Assembly (NCBI GenBank): GCA_963793865.1
Contig: CAWCBP010000012.1
Span: 32,001 to 96,000 of the forward strand
Source: an uncultured delta proteobacterium
GTDB lineage: Bacteria > Desulfobacterota > WTBG01
Direction: 5' to 3'
DNA: 64,000 nucleotides
Both the position numbers and the translations under genes were made by a program. Below the pieces are notes generated by a model. The model worked only from the letters and a program-made list of their open reading frames with translations, ran no database searches and was not told the DNA's origin. Of the stretch, positions 1 to 15,125 are shown piece by piece; the stretch's first letter is position 1; each line of letters begins with the position of its first letter.

Positions 1-1662
1 GGCGACCACGCCGAGGTTGAAGGCGGTGCCTCCCTGGAAAAATATCCGGTCTCCGATGCGCCGGTCACCCACCACCTTGTTCAGATAATTCAGGGCGATG
101 GAGTAGCTCAAACCGGCAATGAGGTTGGCCTTATCAGCCCCCAGCTGCTGGTGATGAACCAGATCGGACTCGATAAACACGGTGCAGCGCTCTCCCAGGG
201 AGACCGGGCAGGGGGCCTTGAGAGCAAGGGCGCTGAACTCGTTCTTAATGCAGATGCCGAGCTTTTCCGCCTGCTCCTCCAAAAAGGAACCGGTGCCGGC
301 GGCGCACACCTTGTTCATTTCGAAATCGACGATGGCGCCGCGGGAGATGCTGATGTACTTTGAGTCCTGTCCGCCGATTTCAAAAATGGTGTCCACCGCG
401 GGATCAATGGCAATGGCCGCGGTGGCCTGGGCGGTTATCTCATTTTTTATCACGTCGGCCCCGATGAAATCGCCGGTTAAATAACGTCCCGATCCGGTCG
501 TTCCCACCGAGGCAATCTCCACCCTGTCCGCAACCTCCTCCCCCACTTCCAGGAGCCCCTGCTTGATGGCCTCCAGCGGCCTTCCCGCGGTCATCAGGTA
601 GCGCTTGGAGAGGACCCGGTTATGATCATCGATGACAACCACGTTGGTGCTGATGGATCCCACGTCAACGCCGAGGTACCCCCGTACCTTCCCGCCGCCC
701 TCGGTAAAGAGCTGCAGGGAAGAGAGCGTTTCCTTGCGGGTTGTTTCAAACGGGGAAAGGGGATCCAGCCCGCTGATTTTGCCGGGCGACGGCGGAGCGC
801 TCACGTAGCCGGCGAGCCTCTGCAGGCCCGTAAACCGGCTGCGAAATGTCGCGTCCTCCCTGAGCAGCAGCACGGCGCCGATGGCCCCCATGGAGGCAAA
901 ATAGTCGGGAACAATCAGCTCATCCTCCTTCAGTTCAAGCACCTCGCGGAACGCCCTCCGCATCCCCAGGTTGGCGGCAACACCTCCCTGAAACGAGACC
1001 GGGGGGGTGAATGATTTTCCCCTTCCCAGGGTGCTCTTGAAATTCCTGGCGACCGCGCTGCAGAGGCCGGCGACGATATCGTAATCGGGGGTTGCGCTCT
1101 GCTGCAGGTGAATCATGTCGGTTTTGGCAAAAACACTGCACCGGCCGGCGATGCGGGGAGGATTTTTCGATTGCAGGGCCAGCCTGCCGAAGTCCTCAAC
1201 GGTGAGCCCCAGGCGGTGGGCCTGCTGGTCCAGAAAGGACCCCGTCCCGGCGGCGCACACCGCGTTCATGATGAAGTCGCTGATTTTGACGGCTCCCGAG
1301 GCCTCGTCCCGTTCGAGGAAGATGAGCTTGGAATCCTCGCCGCCCATCTCCACCACGGTTTTGACCCGGGGGTAAAAATGTTCTATGGACTTGCTTTGAG
1401 CGATGATTTCGTTTTCAAAGCGAGCGTCCAGCAGTTCGGCGAGCAGCTTTCCGCCGCCGCCGGTTATGGAAATACCGGCAAGGTGGGAGGCGGGCCTGCG
1501 GGAAAAAATGTCCTCCAGCAGGTGAAGGGCCGCGGCGAGCGGCTGGCCGTGCGTCCTGGTGTAATGATCCTCCAGGATGGCTCCCCGGGCGTCCATTGCC
1601 ACCGTATTGACACTCACCGATCCCACATCAATGCCGAGAAAATATTCCCGCCCCTCCGACAT
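1..1662 (-). CDS. CoA-substrate-specific enzyme activase (2-hydroxyacyl-CoA dehydratase activase; tandem BadF/BadG/BcrA/BcrD ATPase domains), runs off the left edge
   Basis: Manual translation from ATG at 1662: MSEGREYFLGIDVGSVS...EMGGEDSK...MNAVCAAGTGSFLDQQ...IAGRCSVFAKTD...FQGGVAAN, then a second domain YLGVDVGSISTN. Missing from the ORF track because no stop lies in the window. Confidence 0.88.
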   Translation of the reverse strand, partial: MSEGREYFLGIDVGSVSVNTVAMDARGAILEDHYTRTHGQPLAAALHLLEDIFSRRPASHLAGISITGGGGKLLAELLDARFENEIIAQSKSIEHFYPRVKTVVEMGGEDSKLIFLERDEASGAVKISDFIMNAVCAAGTGSFLDQQAHRLGLTVEDFGRLALQSKNPPRIAGRCSVFAKTDMIHLQQSATPDYDIVAGLCSAVARNFKSTLGRGKSFTPPVSFQGGVAANLGMRRAFREVLELKEDELIVPDYFASMGAIGAVLLLREDATFRSRFTGLQRLAGYVSAPPSPGKISGLDPLSPFETTRKETLSSLQLFTEGGGKVRGYLGVDVGSISTNVVVIDDHNRVLSKRYLMTAGRPLEAIKQGLLEVGEEVADRVEIASVGTTGSGRYLTGDFIGADVIKNEITAQATAAIAIDPAVDTIFEIGGQDSKYISISRGAIVDFEMNKVCAAGTGSFLEEQAEKLGICIKNEFSALALKAPCPVSLGERCTVFIESDLVHHQQLGADKANLIAGLSYSIALNYLNKVVGDRRIGDRIFFQGGTAFNLGVVA

Positions 1663-1805
1663 GATGATACCTCTCCTCTGACGATGAACATCCGGTTATG
1701 CCGCAGCCGGTGCTTCAAACCATGTTTCTTATAAAGCAACGGCCGCGCGCGTGGTGAAAGATCATGCTCCTGATGCGCTTACCGTGACCGCACACAAAGC
1801 AGCAT

Positions 1806-2801
1806 TCATTCGTCCTTCAGATCCCTGGTCATAAGCTCCATGACCGCATCTTTCGGGTTTTTGCAGCCGCGAAGAATGCTGTTGACCTGCTCGGTAATGG
1901 GCATGGAAACCCCCATCCTCCTGCTTAAATCATGGGCGGACTCGGCGGTCCTGATGCCTTCGGCGACGGTGCGCATGTCCCCGGTTATCTCCGCCAGAGA
2001 CTCGCCTCTCCCCAGCCTGACGCCGACGGTCCGGTTGCGGCTCAGCTCGCCGGTGCAGGTGAGAACAAGATCGCCCAGGCCGGACAGGCCGGCAAGGGTG
2101 TGCCGGTCGGCCCCCATGCGCAGCGCCAGGCGGGATATTTCCGCAAGCCCCCTGGTGATAAGGGCGGCCCGGGTGTTGAAACCGAAGCAGAGGCCGTCTG
2201 ATATGCCCGCGGCGATGGCTATCACATTTTTAAGCGCGCCGCCCAGCTCGACTCCCGCCACGTCGGCATTGGTGTAGACACGGAAGAAGGGCGTTGAGAG
2301 AATCTGCTGGATCTCCCGGGCGAGCGGCTGATTTTCCGACGCCAGGGTCACGGCACTGGGAATTTTTTTGCTCACCTCAAGGGCAAAGGTCGGTCCGGAC
2401 AGGACCGCCAGGCGCTGCCTGTCTTTCAGGCCGAGCACGTCGCTGATGACGGAAGTCATGGTAAGCAGGGTTGTGTTCTCGATACCCTTGCTGGCGCTGA
2501 CCAGCATGGTCTGCGCAGAGAGGTGGGCGGCAAGGTTCTGCAGCGTCTGCCGGACCACGTGGGAAGGTGTCACCATAAAGAGGACGTCTTTGCCCCCGGC
2601 CGCTTCCTCGAGGGATGCGGTGGGGATGATGTTTTCAGAAAGGGGTATGCCGGGCAGATAGAGCTGGTTCTCTTTTTTCACCGCCATGGAGACGGCGAGC
2701 TCCGCCTCGTAGACCCATAGCGCAGTCGTAAAGCCCTTCCCGGCAAGATGATTTGCCAGCGTCGTGCCCCAGCTTCCAGCTCCGATAACACCGATGTTCA
2801 C
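1806..2801 (-). CDS. gpsA: NAD(P)H-dependent glycerol-3-phosphate dehydrogenase
   Basis: GAGSWGT Rossmann motif, SKGIE, LSGPTFA, GGALKNVIAIAAG, GLGDLVLTC...SRN. Confidence 0.97.
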   Translation of the reverse strand: MNIGVIGAGSWGTTLANHLAGKGFTTALWVYEAELAVSMAVKKENQLYLPGIPLSENIIPTASLEEAAGGKDVLFMVTPSHVVRQTLQNLAAHLSAQTMLVSASKGIENTTLLTMTSVISDVLGLKDRQRLAVLSGPTFALEVSKKIPSAVTLASENQPLAREIQQILSTPFFRVYTNADVAGVELGGALKNVIAIAAGISDGLCFGFNTRAALITRGLAEISRLALRMGADRHTLAGLSGLGDLVLTCTGELSRNRTVGVRLGRGESLAEITGDMRTVAEGIRTAESAHDLSRRMGVSMPITEQVNSILRGCKNPKDAVMELMTRDLKDE

Positions 2802-2860
2802 CTGAACAGTTCACCCCTTTCTAGCAGGCTGTTGAAAAACACCCATCCCCTGCGTTACGG

Positions 2861-5296
2861 TCACTCTTCTTCAGCCAGATGAGCAACGCCGACAACCTTT
2901 TCTCCTTTCTCCACGTTAATGAGCCTCACTCCCTGGGTATTTCTGCCGATCACCGAAATGCCCTTGATCTTCATGCGAATAATGGTTCCCTGGTCGGTGA
3001 TGAGCATCACCTCGTCGTCATCAGCAACCTCTTTCATCCCGACCACGTCGCCGTTGCGCTCCGTGGTCTTGATGGTAATGATTCCCTGGCCGCCCCTGCC
3101 CTGGATGCGGTATTCCGGGGTGTTGGTTCTTTTGCCGTAGCCGTGTTCGGTGACGGTGAGGATGGTTGCACCTTCGCCGATTGCCTCCATGCCGATGATG
3201 GCGTCATCATCTCCCACCGACATGCCGCGCACGCCCCGGGCAGTCCGCCCCATGGGCCGCACCTCCGTCTCCTTGAAGCGGATGGCCTTCCCCTTGCGCG
3301 AGCCCAGCAGTATGGCCTGACTGCCGTCGGTTACCCGCGCCGCGATCAGCTCGTCGTCCTCATCGATGCTCAGGGCGATAATCCCCCCCGCACGGGGCCT
3401 GCTGTAGGCCATGAGCGGGGTCTTCTTGATCAGCCCCTTGCGGGTGGCCATGACAATGTATTTTCCCTCCACGAATTCCCGTACCGCCAGTATGGCGGCA
3501 AGCTGTTCGTCCGCGCTCAGGTTGAGCAGGTTGACGATGGCCTTCCCCATGGCCGCCCGTCCCGCCTGGGGAAGCTCGTACACCTTCTGCCAGAACACCT
3601 TTCCGGTGCTGGTAAAAAAGAGAATGTGGCTGTGGGTGGAAGCCACAAAGAGATGTTCGACAAAATCCTCCTGGCGGGTGGTCATCCCGGTAACCCCCTT
3701 CCCGCCGCGCCGCTGGCTGCGGTAAAGGCTGATGGGGTTGCGCTTGATATAGCCGTTGTGCGAAACGGTGACCACCATGTCCTCTTCGATGATCAGGTCT
3801 TCAACCGCTATCTCGCCTTCTTTCTCGATGATCTCCGTCCTTCTCGCGTCCCCGTATTTCGCTCTTATTTTTGTCAGCTCTTCAATGATGATCTCCCTGA
3901 CCAGCTCCTCTTTCTCCAGAATCTGCTTCAGCTTCTTGATGAGCCGGGTAATCTCTTCAAGCTCCTGCAGGATCTTATCCCGCTCCAGGGCGGTCAGCCG
4001 CTGCAGGCGCATGTCCAGAATGGCCTGCGCCTGAATCTCGGAGAGGTCAAACTGCGATATCAGACCTCCCTTTGCCTCGGCGGGATTGGCGGATGCCCGG
4101 ATCAGGGCGATAATGCGGTCGAGATTATTGAGGGCAATCTGCAGGCCCATGAGTATGTGGGCCTGGTGTTCCGCCTTTTTCAGCTCGTATGCCGTCCTGC
4201 GCAGGATGACCACTTTACGGAAATTGATAAAGTGGTTGAGCATGCTCCGCAGGTCCAGAATCCGGGGCTGGTTGTCAACCAGCGCGAGCATAATGATGCC
4301 GAAGGTGCCCTGGAGCTGGGTGCGCTGATAGAGCTGGTTGAGAATGACCTGGGCGATTTTGTCCCGCTTCAGCTCAATCACGACGCGAACCCCTTCACGG
4401 TCCGATTCGTCCCGGATGTCGGTGATGCCCTCGATTTTTTTCTCCTGCGAAAGCTCGGCTATTTTCTCGATCAGCCGCGCCTTGTTGACCTGGTAGGGCA
4501 GCTCGGTAATGATGATGCATTCCTTGTCCCCCTTGATCTGCTTTTCAATATACGCGCGCCCCCGCACCTGCAAAGAACCCTTGCCGGTGCGGTATGCCTC
4601 CCGGATGCCTTCCCGGCCGTGGATGATGCCGGCAGTGGGGAAATCGGGACCGGGAATGATCTTAAGCAGTTCGCCGACGTCCAGTGAAGGATTTTTAATC
4701 AGGGCGATGGTGCCGTCAATCACCTCTTTCAAATTGTGGGGAGGTATGTTGGTGGCCATGCCCACGGCAATGCCGGAGGAGCCGTTGACGAGCAGGTTGG
4801 GAAGGGCGGAGGGCAGGATTGACGGCTCCTTGAGCGTGCCGTCGTAGTTCGGCGCAAAGTCAACGGTCTCCTTTTCGATGTCGGACAGGAGCTCATTGGT
4901 GATTTCAGCCATCCGGATCTCGGTATACCGCATTGCCGCCGGAGGATCGCCGTCAAGAGAGCCGAAATTGCCCTGTCCATCCACCAGGGGATAGCGCAGG
5001 GAAAAATCCTGGGCCATGCGCACAATGGTATCGTAAACCGCCGCGTCACCGTGCGGGTGATATTTACCGATGACATCGCCCACGATGCGGGCCGATTTCT
5101 TATAGGGCTTGTTCCAGACATTTCCAAGATCGTACATGGCGAAGAGCACTCTCCGGTGCGCCGGCTTGAGGCCGTCCCGTATATCCGGCAATGCCCGCCC
5201 GATAATAACGCTCATGGCGTAGTCCATGTAGGACCGTCTCATCTCGTCTTCAATATTCACAGGTATTTGCTGTGAATGCACATCCGGGTTTTCCAT
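2861..5296 (-). CDS. gyrA: DNA gyrase subunit A
   Basis: [24 protein letters not shown], GyrA box QRRGGKG, C-terminal beta-pinwheel repeats. Confidence 0.99.
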   Translation of the reverse strand: MENPDVHSQQIPVNIEDEMRRSYMDYAMSVIIGRALPDIRDGLKPAHRRVLFAMYDLGNVWNKPYKKSARIVGDVIGKYHPHGDAAVYDTIVRMAQDFSLRYPLVDGQGNFGSLDGDPPAAMRYTEIRMAEITNELLSDIEKETVDFAPNYDGTLKEPSILPSALPNLLVNGSSGIAVGMATNIPPHNLKEVIDGTIALIKNPSLDVGELLKIIPGPDFPTAGIIHGREGIREAYRTGKGSLQVRGRAYIEKQIKGDKECIIITELPYQVNKARLIEKIAELSQEKKIEGITDIRDESDREGVRVVIELKRDKIAQVILNQLYQRTQLQGTFGIIMLALVDNQPRILDLRSMLNHFINFRKVVILRRTAYELKKAEHQAHILMGLQIALNNLDRIIALIRASANPAEAKGGLISQFDLSEIQAQAILDMRLQRLTALERDKILQELEEITRLIKKLKQILEKEELVREIIIEELTKIRAKYGDARRTEIIEKEGEIAVEDLIIEEDMVVTVSHNGYIKRNPISLYRSQRRGGKGVTGMTTRQEDFVEHLFVASTHSHILFFTSTGKVFWQKVYELPQAGRAAMGKAIVNLLNLSADEQLAAILAVREFVEGKYIVMATRKGLIKKTPLMAYSRPRAGGIIALSIDEDDELIAARVTDGSQAILLGSRKGKAIRFKETEVRPMGRTARGVRGMSVGDDDAIIGMEAIGEGATILTVTEHGYGKRTNTPEYRIQGRGGQGIITIKTTERNGDVVGMKEVADDDEVMLITDQGTIIRMKIKGISVIGRNTQGVRLINVEKGEKVVGVAHLAEEE

Positions 5297-5330
5297 AAAG
5301 CATCTTCTCTGTCTGGTTGTTGTTAATGGA

Positions 5331-8620
<3,290 letters not shown>

Positions 8621-8628
<8 letters not shown>

Positions 8629-9397
8629 TGGTTTTTCCATCTCCGTTGATGATAAGTTGTGCCAGTTCCAGATAGCTTCTGGCACCGGCCGATAATTTAT
8701 CGTAATAGAATATCGGCTTGCCGTAGCTCGGACATTCCCCCAGCCGCACGTTTCTCGGAATAATGGTTTGCAGCACTTTCTCAGGGAAGAAGTTTTTTAT
8801 TTCGCAGGCGACCTGATGAGAAAGATTGTTTCTCTTGTCAAACATGGTCAAAAGAAAACCCTCTATCCGGAGCCTGGGATTAAATGCCCGTTGAATGCGC
8901 TTGACCGTGTTCAAAAGCTGGGTCAGCCCCTCAAGGGCATAATATTCACATTGAATGGGTATTAAAACAGAGTCGGAAGCATTGAAGGCATTAACGGTCA
9001 ACAGGCCAAGCGAGGGAGGGCAGTCAATGATCACGTAATCGTACTTATTGATGACGTGGGACAATTTGTCTTTTAAGCGCGATTCTCTTTCCGGGAAATT
9101 GACCAGCTCAATCTCTGCCCCGATCAAGTCAATGCTGGAAGTAACAATGGAAAGATTGGCATAACCGGTTTCCCTGATCACCTGCTCACACTCAATATCT
9201 TCAATAATTACATGATAAATATTCTTTTCTGTGCCGTCTTTTGCTATGCCCACCCCGCTGCTGGCGTTGCCCTGAGGATCAATATCGATAAGCAGGGTAG
9301 TCCTGCTGTTTAACGCCAGGGAGGCGGCAAGATTAACCGCAGTGGTTGTTTTCCCGACGCCGCCTTTCTGGTTGGCAATGCAGATCACTTTAGCCAC
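8621..9397 (-). CDS. parA: Chromosome partitioning ATPase ParA/Soj
   Basis: NQKGGVGKTTT, DIDPQGNAS, IDCPPSLG, QCEYYALEG. Confidence 0.97.
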
Positions 9398-9536
9398 AAC
9401 ATGCCCCCTAGCGAAATACTTTCAAGCGAGTCGTATATACACCTTTGAACACATGTAATCCCGATGGTTTCACCTGTGCAAAAGATAGGCTTACATTACC
9501 ACAACAACTATAAGTTTTAAAGCGAAAAATTAAAAA

Positions 9537-9552
9537 TGTTTCACGTGAAACA
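9537..9552. promoter_or_regulatory. parS centromere site
   Basis: Perfect 16-bp palindrome TGTTTCACGTGAAACA, the canonical chromosomal parS, between rsmG and parA. Confidence 0.95.
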
Positions 9553-9553
9553 C

Positions 9554-10210
9554 TCATGTTTTCGCTATAAAAAAAACACTCCTTTTTTTGTGTGATTCCG
9601 GAAGTTGCAGATCCACCACCTTTACTACTTCCATTGAAAGGGATTTCAGGATGTGCCCGTTTTTTTTGAGTTCATGATGCCCTTCCTTTCCCTTCATGGC
9701 TATTACATACCCCCCGTCTTGCAGCAGCGGCCGGGCCAGTTTCAGCAATGGTTCCAGCCTGGTAAAAGCCCTGGCTATGATAATATCAAAGAGGGGTATG
9801 CTTTCCCCCGGCACGAAACTCTCAATCCGTCCGTGAAGTACAGTAGTATGTGAAAGGTTGAGCAGCAGGATCACCTGTTTTAAAAAATTAATTTTTTTTC
9901 TTTTTGACTCGAGGAGGGTAATATCGATTTCCGGTCTGGCAATCTTGATCGGCACACCCGGGAATCCCGCTCCCGATCCCGCATCAAGGAGTCGCCCGGT
10001 AGCGGGGAGGTACGGTACAACTGATAATGAATCTATGAAGTGGTCAATGATGATTGATTTGTCGTCTTTAAGAGAGGTGAGATTAATCTTTTGATTCCAT
10101 GCCTTCAATTCAACCAGATAGAGCTCAAACATCTCTATCATGTGCCGGTTCAGTTGAACGCCAACTGCATCAGCTCCACTTTTGAGTATGGTCTCCAGTT
10201 CTCCGGACAA
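9554..10210 (-). CDS. rsmG: 16S rRNA m7G527 methyltransferase (GidB)
   Basis: WNQKINLT, HFIDS, DAGSGAGFPGVP, ARAF; position next to parAB. Confidence 0.95.
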   Translation of the reverse strand: MSGELETILKSGADAVGVQLNRHMIEMFELYLVELKAWNQKINLTSLKDDKSIIIDHFIDSLSVVPYLPATGRLLDAGSGAGFPGVPIKIARPEIDITLLESKRKKINFLKQVILLLNLSHTTVLHGRIESFVPGESIPLFDIIIARAFTRLEPLLKLARPLLQDGGYVIAMKGKEGHHELKKNGHILKSLSMEVVKVVDLQLPESHKKRSVFFIAKT

Positions 10211-10228
10211 AAGCTTTTCTCCTCAAGA

Positions 10229-10312
10229 GGTTCCGGAATAATTTTGTTGTGGCTAAAAATCCCCTCCTTCTTGAGCCACATATAAAAAATAAAGGAATCA
10301 ATGACGCACTAC
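10229..10312 (-). repeat. Truncated copy (one end, about 84 bp) of the nested-palindrome element at 22332 and 58577
   Basis: Reverse complement gtagtgcgtcattgattcc...tatgtggctcaagaaggaggggatttttagccacaacaaaattattccggaacc matches the left end of the two full copies. Confidence 0.85.
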
Positions 10313-10329
10313 GCTCGGTAAAAGGTGCG

Positions 10330-10788
10330 TTATTCGAAAGTTTTTGATAGCTGGGATATTATATCATTTATTTCTTTGATGTTTTCTTTTGAATTCTGCC
10401 AGCCTGTTTTCACATCGCCACTCTTATCTTTCATTTTTCCTACCACTTCTGTAGGTATCTCTGCAGCATGGGATACCCGGATGCTGGTTCCATTTGACTC
10501 TCTGTTTAGTAAAACTTTTACATACCAGCGCATTGTGCCCCGAAGCCTGATTACCGAGATCCAATCGCTCTGGATGAGTCCCCGCTCCTTGTCCTTTATT
10601 TTAATAGGCAGCCTCATTTCATCGACCATGATGTGTTCCAACGCGTTCCATACCTCGTCATAGTCACGATCAAAGGTCATTGATTCGAAGGGAAGGTTTT
10701 CATCTTCGATTTCAGGCGCCCCGCACCCGAAGGCAAGACAGGAAAACAGCAAAGACAGGATTAGCATTTTGGCCATAGCAACTCTCAT
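10330..10788 (-). CDS. Putative lipoprotein, BamC/NlpB-like domain
   Basis: Lipobox-like LAFGC; DRDYDEVWNAL...KDKERGLIQSDW resembles the helix-grip domain of BamC-like lipoproteins. Confidence 0.6.
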   Translation of the reverse strand: MRVAMAKMLILSLLFSCLAFGCGAPEIEDENLPFESMTFDRDYDEVWNALEHIMVDEMRLPIKIKDKERGLIQSDWISVIRLRGTMRWYVKVLLNRESNGTSIRVSHAAEIPTEVVGKMKDKSGDVKTGWQNSKENIKEINDIISQLSKTFE

Positions 10789-11096
10789 TTTAAGTCCTTT
10801 CAGATTCTCAAAAGTTTACTATTATACTATTGTAAAAATCAGCCGTCGCCCGTCACCAGAATAAACAAATAAACACGTAATTACAAATATTTATAGTGTA
10901 TTTTGGCATGCTACTGTAAGGGAATGATTTTGTCAAGCGAATATTTCATGTCGTGGCCTCATCATCGGTTTCACGATCTCCCGGGGCGTATAATTTAATC
11001 AATTTTAATTGACAAACAAACATGCTCGCGGTTAATAATCTATCCTTTATTAAACCGCGAGGAAGTAGTGTTTGAATTTCATTGCGAAGCAACCAT

Positions 11097-12851
11097 ATGG
11101 AATTAGTACGATCGGACCTCATTCTGCTGCATGCGCCGAGCGTGTATGACTTCCGCAAGAAGGCTATTTTGTACGGGCCGATCAGTGACGTCATACCCTC
11201 ATCCCCTGTTTTTGAAATGTATCCCATCGGGTTCTCATCGATGCTGGAATATCTTCAGCAGAGGGGCTTGCGCGTCAGAATCATCAATCTCGCGTATTTG
11301 ATGCTCACCCGGAAAAACTTCGATGCAGAACAGCTGATAAAAAAATTGAAATGCACCGCTTTCGGCATTGATCTGCACTGGCTGCCTCATGCGCAGGGAA
11401 GCCTGGAGATTGCGGCCATCTGCAAGCGGCTTCATCCCGGCAGGCCCGTCATAATGGGCGGTTACAGCGCGAGCTATTTTCACCGGGAGCTGATTAATTA
11501 TCCGCAGGTTGATTTTGTCCTGCGCGGCGATTCAGCTGAAAAGCCCCTCTTCGATCTGCTGCGTGCCTTAAAACAGGGCACCGGCGATTATTCCCGCATT
11601 CCCAATCTCACCTGGAAAGATGGTAACACCGTTCGAGAGAACGATCTTTCCTGCGTGGCTGCCGATCTGGACTCTTTTTCCAATAACTATCTGAGCCTCT
11701 TCAAGAGCGCCCTTTTATCCGCTGATCCGAAAGGTTTTACCTCCATTCGTGACTGGTGGGAATATCCCATCACCGCCATCATGACCTGCAGGGGCTGCGT
11801 GCACAACTGCGTTTTCTGCGGCGGCGGGCGCTCCGGCATCAGGGGCTATTGCAAAAGGGAGAAGCCGGCTTTCAGGCCGCCGGGGCTGCTGGCGCATGAT
11901 ATATTTACCATCAGCCGCTATATCAACGGGCCTATTTTTGTGGTGGGTGACTTGCGGCAGAGCGGCGACGAGTATGCGTACGAGGCTTTGGAGGGGCTGA
12001 GACGCTATGCAATTAAAAACCCGGTTGTGCTGGAGCTTTTCAAACCCGCCGATAAAACCTTTTTTGAGGCGGTTGCGCGTTCCATCAGCCAGGTTAATTT
12101 TGAATTTTCTCCCGAGTCACATCTCGAAACAGTACGGAAATGCTCGGGGAAACTGTACTCCAACGAAGAGATTGAAGCCACAATCAGCGCTGCGCTCCAA
12201 AGCGGCTGCAAAAAATTTGATCTCTTTTTTATGATCGGCCTTCCCCGCCAGACCCCCGGGGACGCGCTGGCATCGGTTGACTATTGCCGCAGCCTGCTGC
12301 AAAGATTCGGCAAGCGGCTCAACCCGTTTATTTCACCCCTGGCCCCCTTTATTGATCCCGGCAGCATGGCCTATGAACAATCAGAAAAGCTTGGTTATAA
12401 AATCTTTTACCGGACGCTGGAGGAGTACCGGCAGGCCCTGCTGCAGCCAAGCTGGAAGTACACCCTGGGGTATGAAACGGAGTGGATGAGCCGGGAAGAA
12501 ATCGTTTCCACAACCTATGAAGCTGCCCTGCGCCTCAACCGCGTCAAGCAGGAGTTCGGGTTGATCGATGCTGAGCGGTCCGGAAAGATAGAGGAACGGA
12601 TTTACGCGGCGATAAAGATGATGGAGCGCATTGATGAGATCTTAAAAATGCCTGACTGTGCGCGACGGGAAGAACAACTCACCATTTTAAAGCCGGCGAT
12701 AGACAGTCTCAGCATTGCTACCATCTGCGGCGAAGATGAAATAAAATGGCCGGCAGGGAAAAGAGCGCTTCAATTACTTAAACATTATGAAAGACATGAT
12801 TTTTGGCTGCAGGGGATTACCCGGTATGAAGTAGCCGAGTTCCATGCATAA
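11097..12851 (+). CDS. B12-binding domain / radical SAM protein (resembles the TIGR04190 Ta0216 family)
   Basis: DLILLHAPSVYDFR, DLHWLPH cobalamin-domain region, CRGCVHNCVFCGG (CxxxCxxC). Confidence 0.85.
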   Translation: MELVRSDLILLHAPSVYDFRKKAILYGPISDVIPSSPVFEMYPIGFSSMLEYLQQRGLRVRIINLAYLMLTRKNFDAEQLIKKLKCTAFGIDLHWLPHAQGSLEIAAICKRLHPGRPVIMGGYSASYFHRELINYPQVDFVLRGDSAEKPLFDLLRALKQGTGDYSRIPNLTWKDGNTVRENDLSCVAADLDSFSNNYLSLFKSALLSADPKGFTSIRDWWEYPITAIMTCRGCVHNCVFCGGGRSGIRGYCKREKPAFRPPGLLAHDIFTISRYINGPIFVVGDLRQSGDEYAYEALEGLRRYAIKNPVVLELFKPADKTFFEAVARSISQVNFEFSPESHLETVRKCSGKLYSNEEIEATISAALQSGCKKFDLFFMIGLPRQTPGDALASVDYCRSLLQRFGKRLNPFISPLAPFIDPGSMAYEQSEKLGYKIFYRTLEEYRQALLQPSWKYTLGYETEWMSREEIVSTTYEAALRLNRVKQEFGLIDAERSGKIEERIYAAIKMMERIDEILKMPDCARREEQLTILKPAIDSLSIATICGEDEIKWPAGKRALQLLKHYERHDFWLQGITRYEVAEFHA

Positions 12852-12897
12852 GTCATGTAAATGATATGCTGTATATTTTATATTGATAGATATGCTC

Positions 12898-14797
12898 TTA
12901 TGGTTTCGGCTGTGCAGGAGAGGGCAGCTCTGCCGGTGGTTCAGGTTTTCGCTGGATGTTGAGGGAATGTAAATAGCTCATGTGAAATTGAAACTTTGGG
13001 AAAAGGCGCGGCAGGCGCATGAGGTTAAAAACCATAATCCCGATTGCCAAACGATCCAGCCAGGAGGACATGGGCCATCCCAGATGCACAAAGACCTGCC
13101 GGTCTGCCAGTTCGTATTCGACCACCCGAAGCATGGCCACGATGCTGTTATATATGCCAAATCCTCCCAGAGGAAACCTGAAGTGATTGGGTGCCGCCTT
13201 GGGCGGTATTCCCGCCCTGGGGGCGAAAAATGTGATGAATACAGCGTTGTCCCTGCTTTTATGGGTTTCTTCCTCGGTTCGCCTGAAATAGAGATGAACA
13301 TCCGGGGCGGACGATTCCGCCAGATACAGGATCATGCTCATTTCGCTGTCCGCCTTCTCCCTCTCCCTCCGTTTCCGGCGCCCTCTTCCTTGACACCAAC
13401 ATGCCCAGCAGCAGTACCACACAGGTGACGGATAGCCCACATAAGCATGCCGCGGGGCTTTTGCATGGCCAGGAAAATAAAGCAGCTCAGCAGAATAATC
13501 AAAAAGACAAGGGTTCCCAGGCGGCTGGTGGAAAAGTGAATGATCTCCTTTGTGCCCTTGAAATAGCGGTAAATGAAGAGCGATCCCATGTTGATGCAAA
13601 AACTTGCCACCAGTCCCAGGGCATACATGTCTGCCAGCGTTTCCTGCCTTCCTGCGGTAATCCAGATGAGGACCGAGAAGAATGCGGCGTTAAGAAGGTG
13701 GATTCGGTACAGTGAGTTGCGCTGATTAATGGCGATAAGCCAGTCAAACCCGTAACGGTCAGCCACCCGCTCGATCAGTTCACTTGAGGCAACGAAGGCT
13801 GTATTAACCGCCATAATCAGGGTCATGCTCGCCAGCACGGCAACTGCAATGCCGAAGGGAATGCCGTTGATCATGGTAGCGTAGTAGGTAATAAGGTCAC
13901 CCTCATGACTTTTGAAGTCAATGGGTGCTGACAGGGCGAGCCCTGCTACCAGAGGGGTTACCAGTCCCACCGTGCATGCAAGAAAAATATAGGCCTTGCG
14001 CACTTCCCTCCAGTTCCGAACCAGGCCGGCGGTCTGGAGAACTGATTCAACCCCCGAGTATGCCAGAATACAGAAGGCGATGCTGGAGATAAAGCTGCCG
14101 GTACTCTGGGTCCAGGAACCGTTAGTAAACCCGTGAAATGATTATGTACCGCACGCTCCCAGATTAGAAAGACGTGCCATCGAATCGCTGTCAAGGGCAA
14201 AAATACCGGTGCTGATCAGGTTTAAAATAACAAATGCTGCGCGCAATGAAGATAATGAATGTAACCCGGGCGTTCTCCCTATGCCCAGAATGTTCAGGCC
14301 GGCAATAATCCAGATAATGGCGAGCACAAGACTGATGTGAGACACGGAGAGAACTGGAAAAAAGAGGTGGCATTGGCTACCGCACTTACTGCGGAAATAC
14401 AGGCAGTAAGAATATAATCAACCATAATCGAGGCAACCGCAATGAAAGAAACAAGCGGCCCTAGAACCAGATATGAAAATGAGTACACCCCGCCACCGAT
14501 AAGACCGTGGTGCTCCAGTATTTCAGCAATTTCCACCAGGCGGGTGCTCATGTAATGAATGAGGATGGAGGTGAAAGCGATGAACAGGATGGCTGAAATA
14601 CCAATGAATCGAAAAGCCTCTGCCGGTGCGTAAAAAACCGACGTAAGCTCATCCATCAGGGTAATGACCGCAATTGACAGCCAGGTGAGCCACCACCGAC
14701 CCTGGTGATTATAGGCGAGCATGTTCTTTTTCCGAAGCACCAGGAAAAAAAGTACCACGAGAGATAGATTAAGCAGCACCAGCACAGTGGTTTTCAT
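12898..14797 (-). pseudogene. APC-family amino acid permease with cytoplasmic C-terminal domain, broken by at least 5 frameshifts
   Basis: Hydrophobic fragments in alternating frames: DELTSVFYAP, GGGVYSFS, VDYILTACISAVSA, LNILGIRENA, AYSGVESVLQTA, LADMYALGLVASF. Confidence 0.75.
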
Positions 14798-15043
14798 AGG
14801 CGCTCTTTAAGAAGGCCGGTGTATGTACATGCCGTGCCGGAAAGAAGCTTTGATGTAAATTGCATTCATATGCGGCATGCAGGAAATGAACAGAGAAAAT
14901 GTGAGGTTACTGATGTGATTATGCTTGCTGGGAGGGAGAGTATAGAAAAATACCCATAGCGTGTCAATAAAATTAAAACGGTACAAACCATACCACTTCG
15001 ATCGTACAACTACAGCTATATTAAGATTAAGCAACAGATCTTG

Positions 15044-15106
15044 TGGAGGGACGCGCTCTGTCGCCTCCGACTATTATATGCGGCCAAGTCGGGGCATGGC
15101 CCTCCA
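15044..15106. repeat. REP-like double-hairpin element (TGGAGG...CCTCCA family)
   Basis: tggagggacgcgctctgtcgcctcc...ggccaagtcggggcatggccctcca; related copies at 35292 and 63026. Confidence 0.7.
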
Positions 15107-15125
15107 GAGCATTATATGTCCTGAT

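Noticed and set aside
2821..2845. ctagcaggctgttgaaaaac, resembling an IS terminal repeat
   Set aside because: Single short end with no partner or transposase; too little to call.
2879..4687. 602-aa plus-strand ORF, and similar long antisense ORFs such as 39693-40685 and 60608-61351
   Set aside because: Shadow frames opposite gyrA, cusA and miaB; no motifs of their own.
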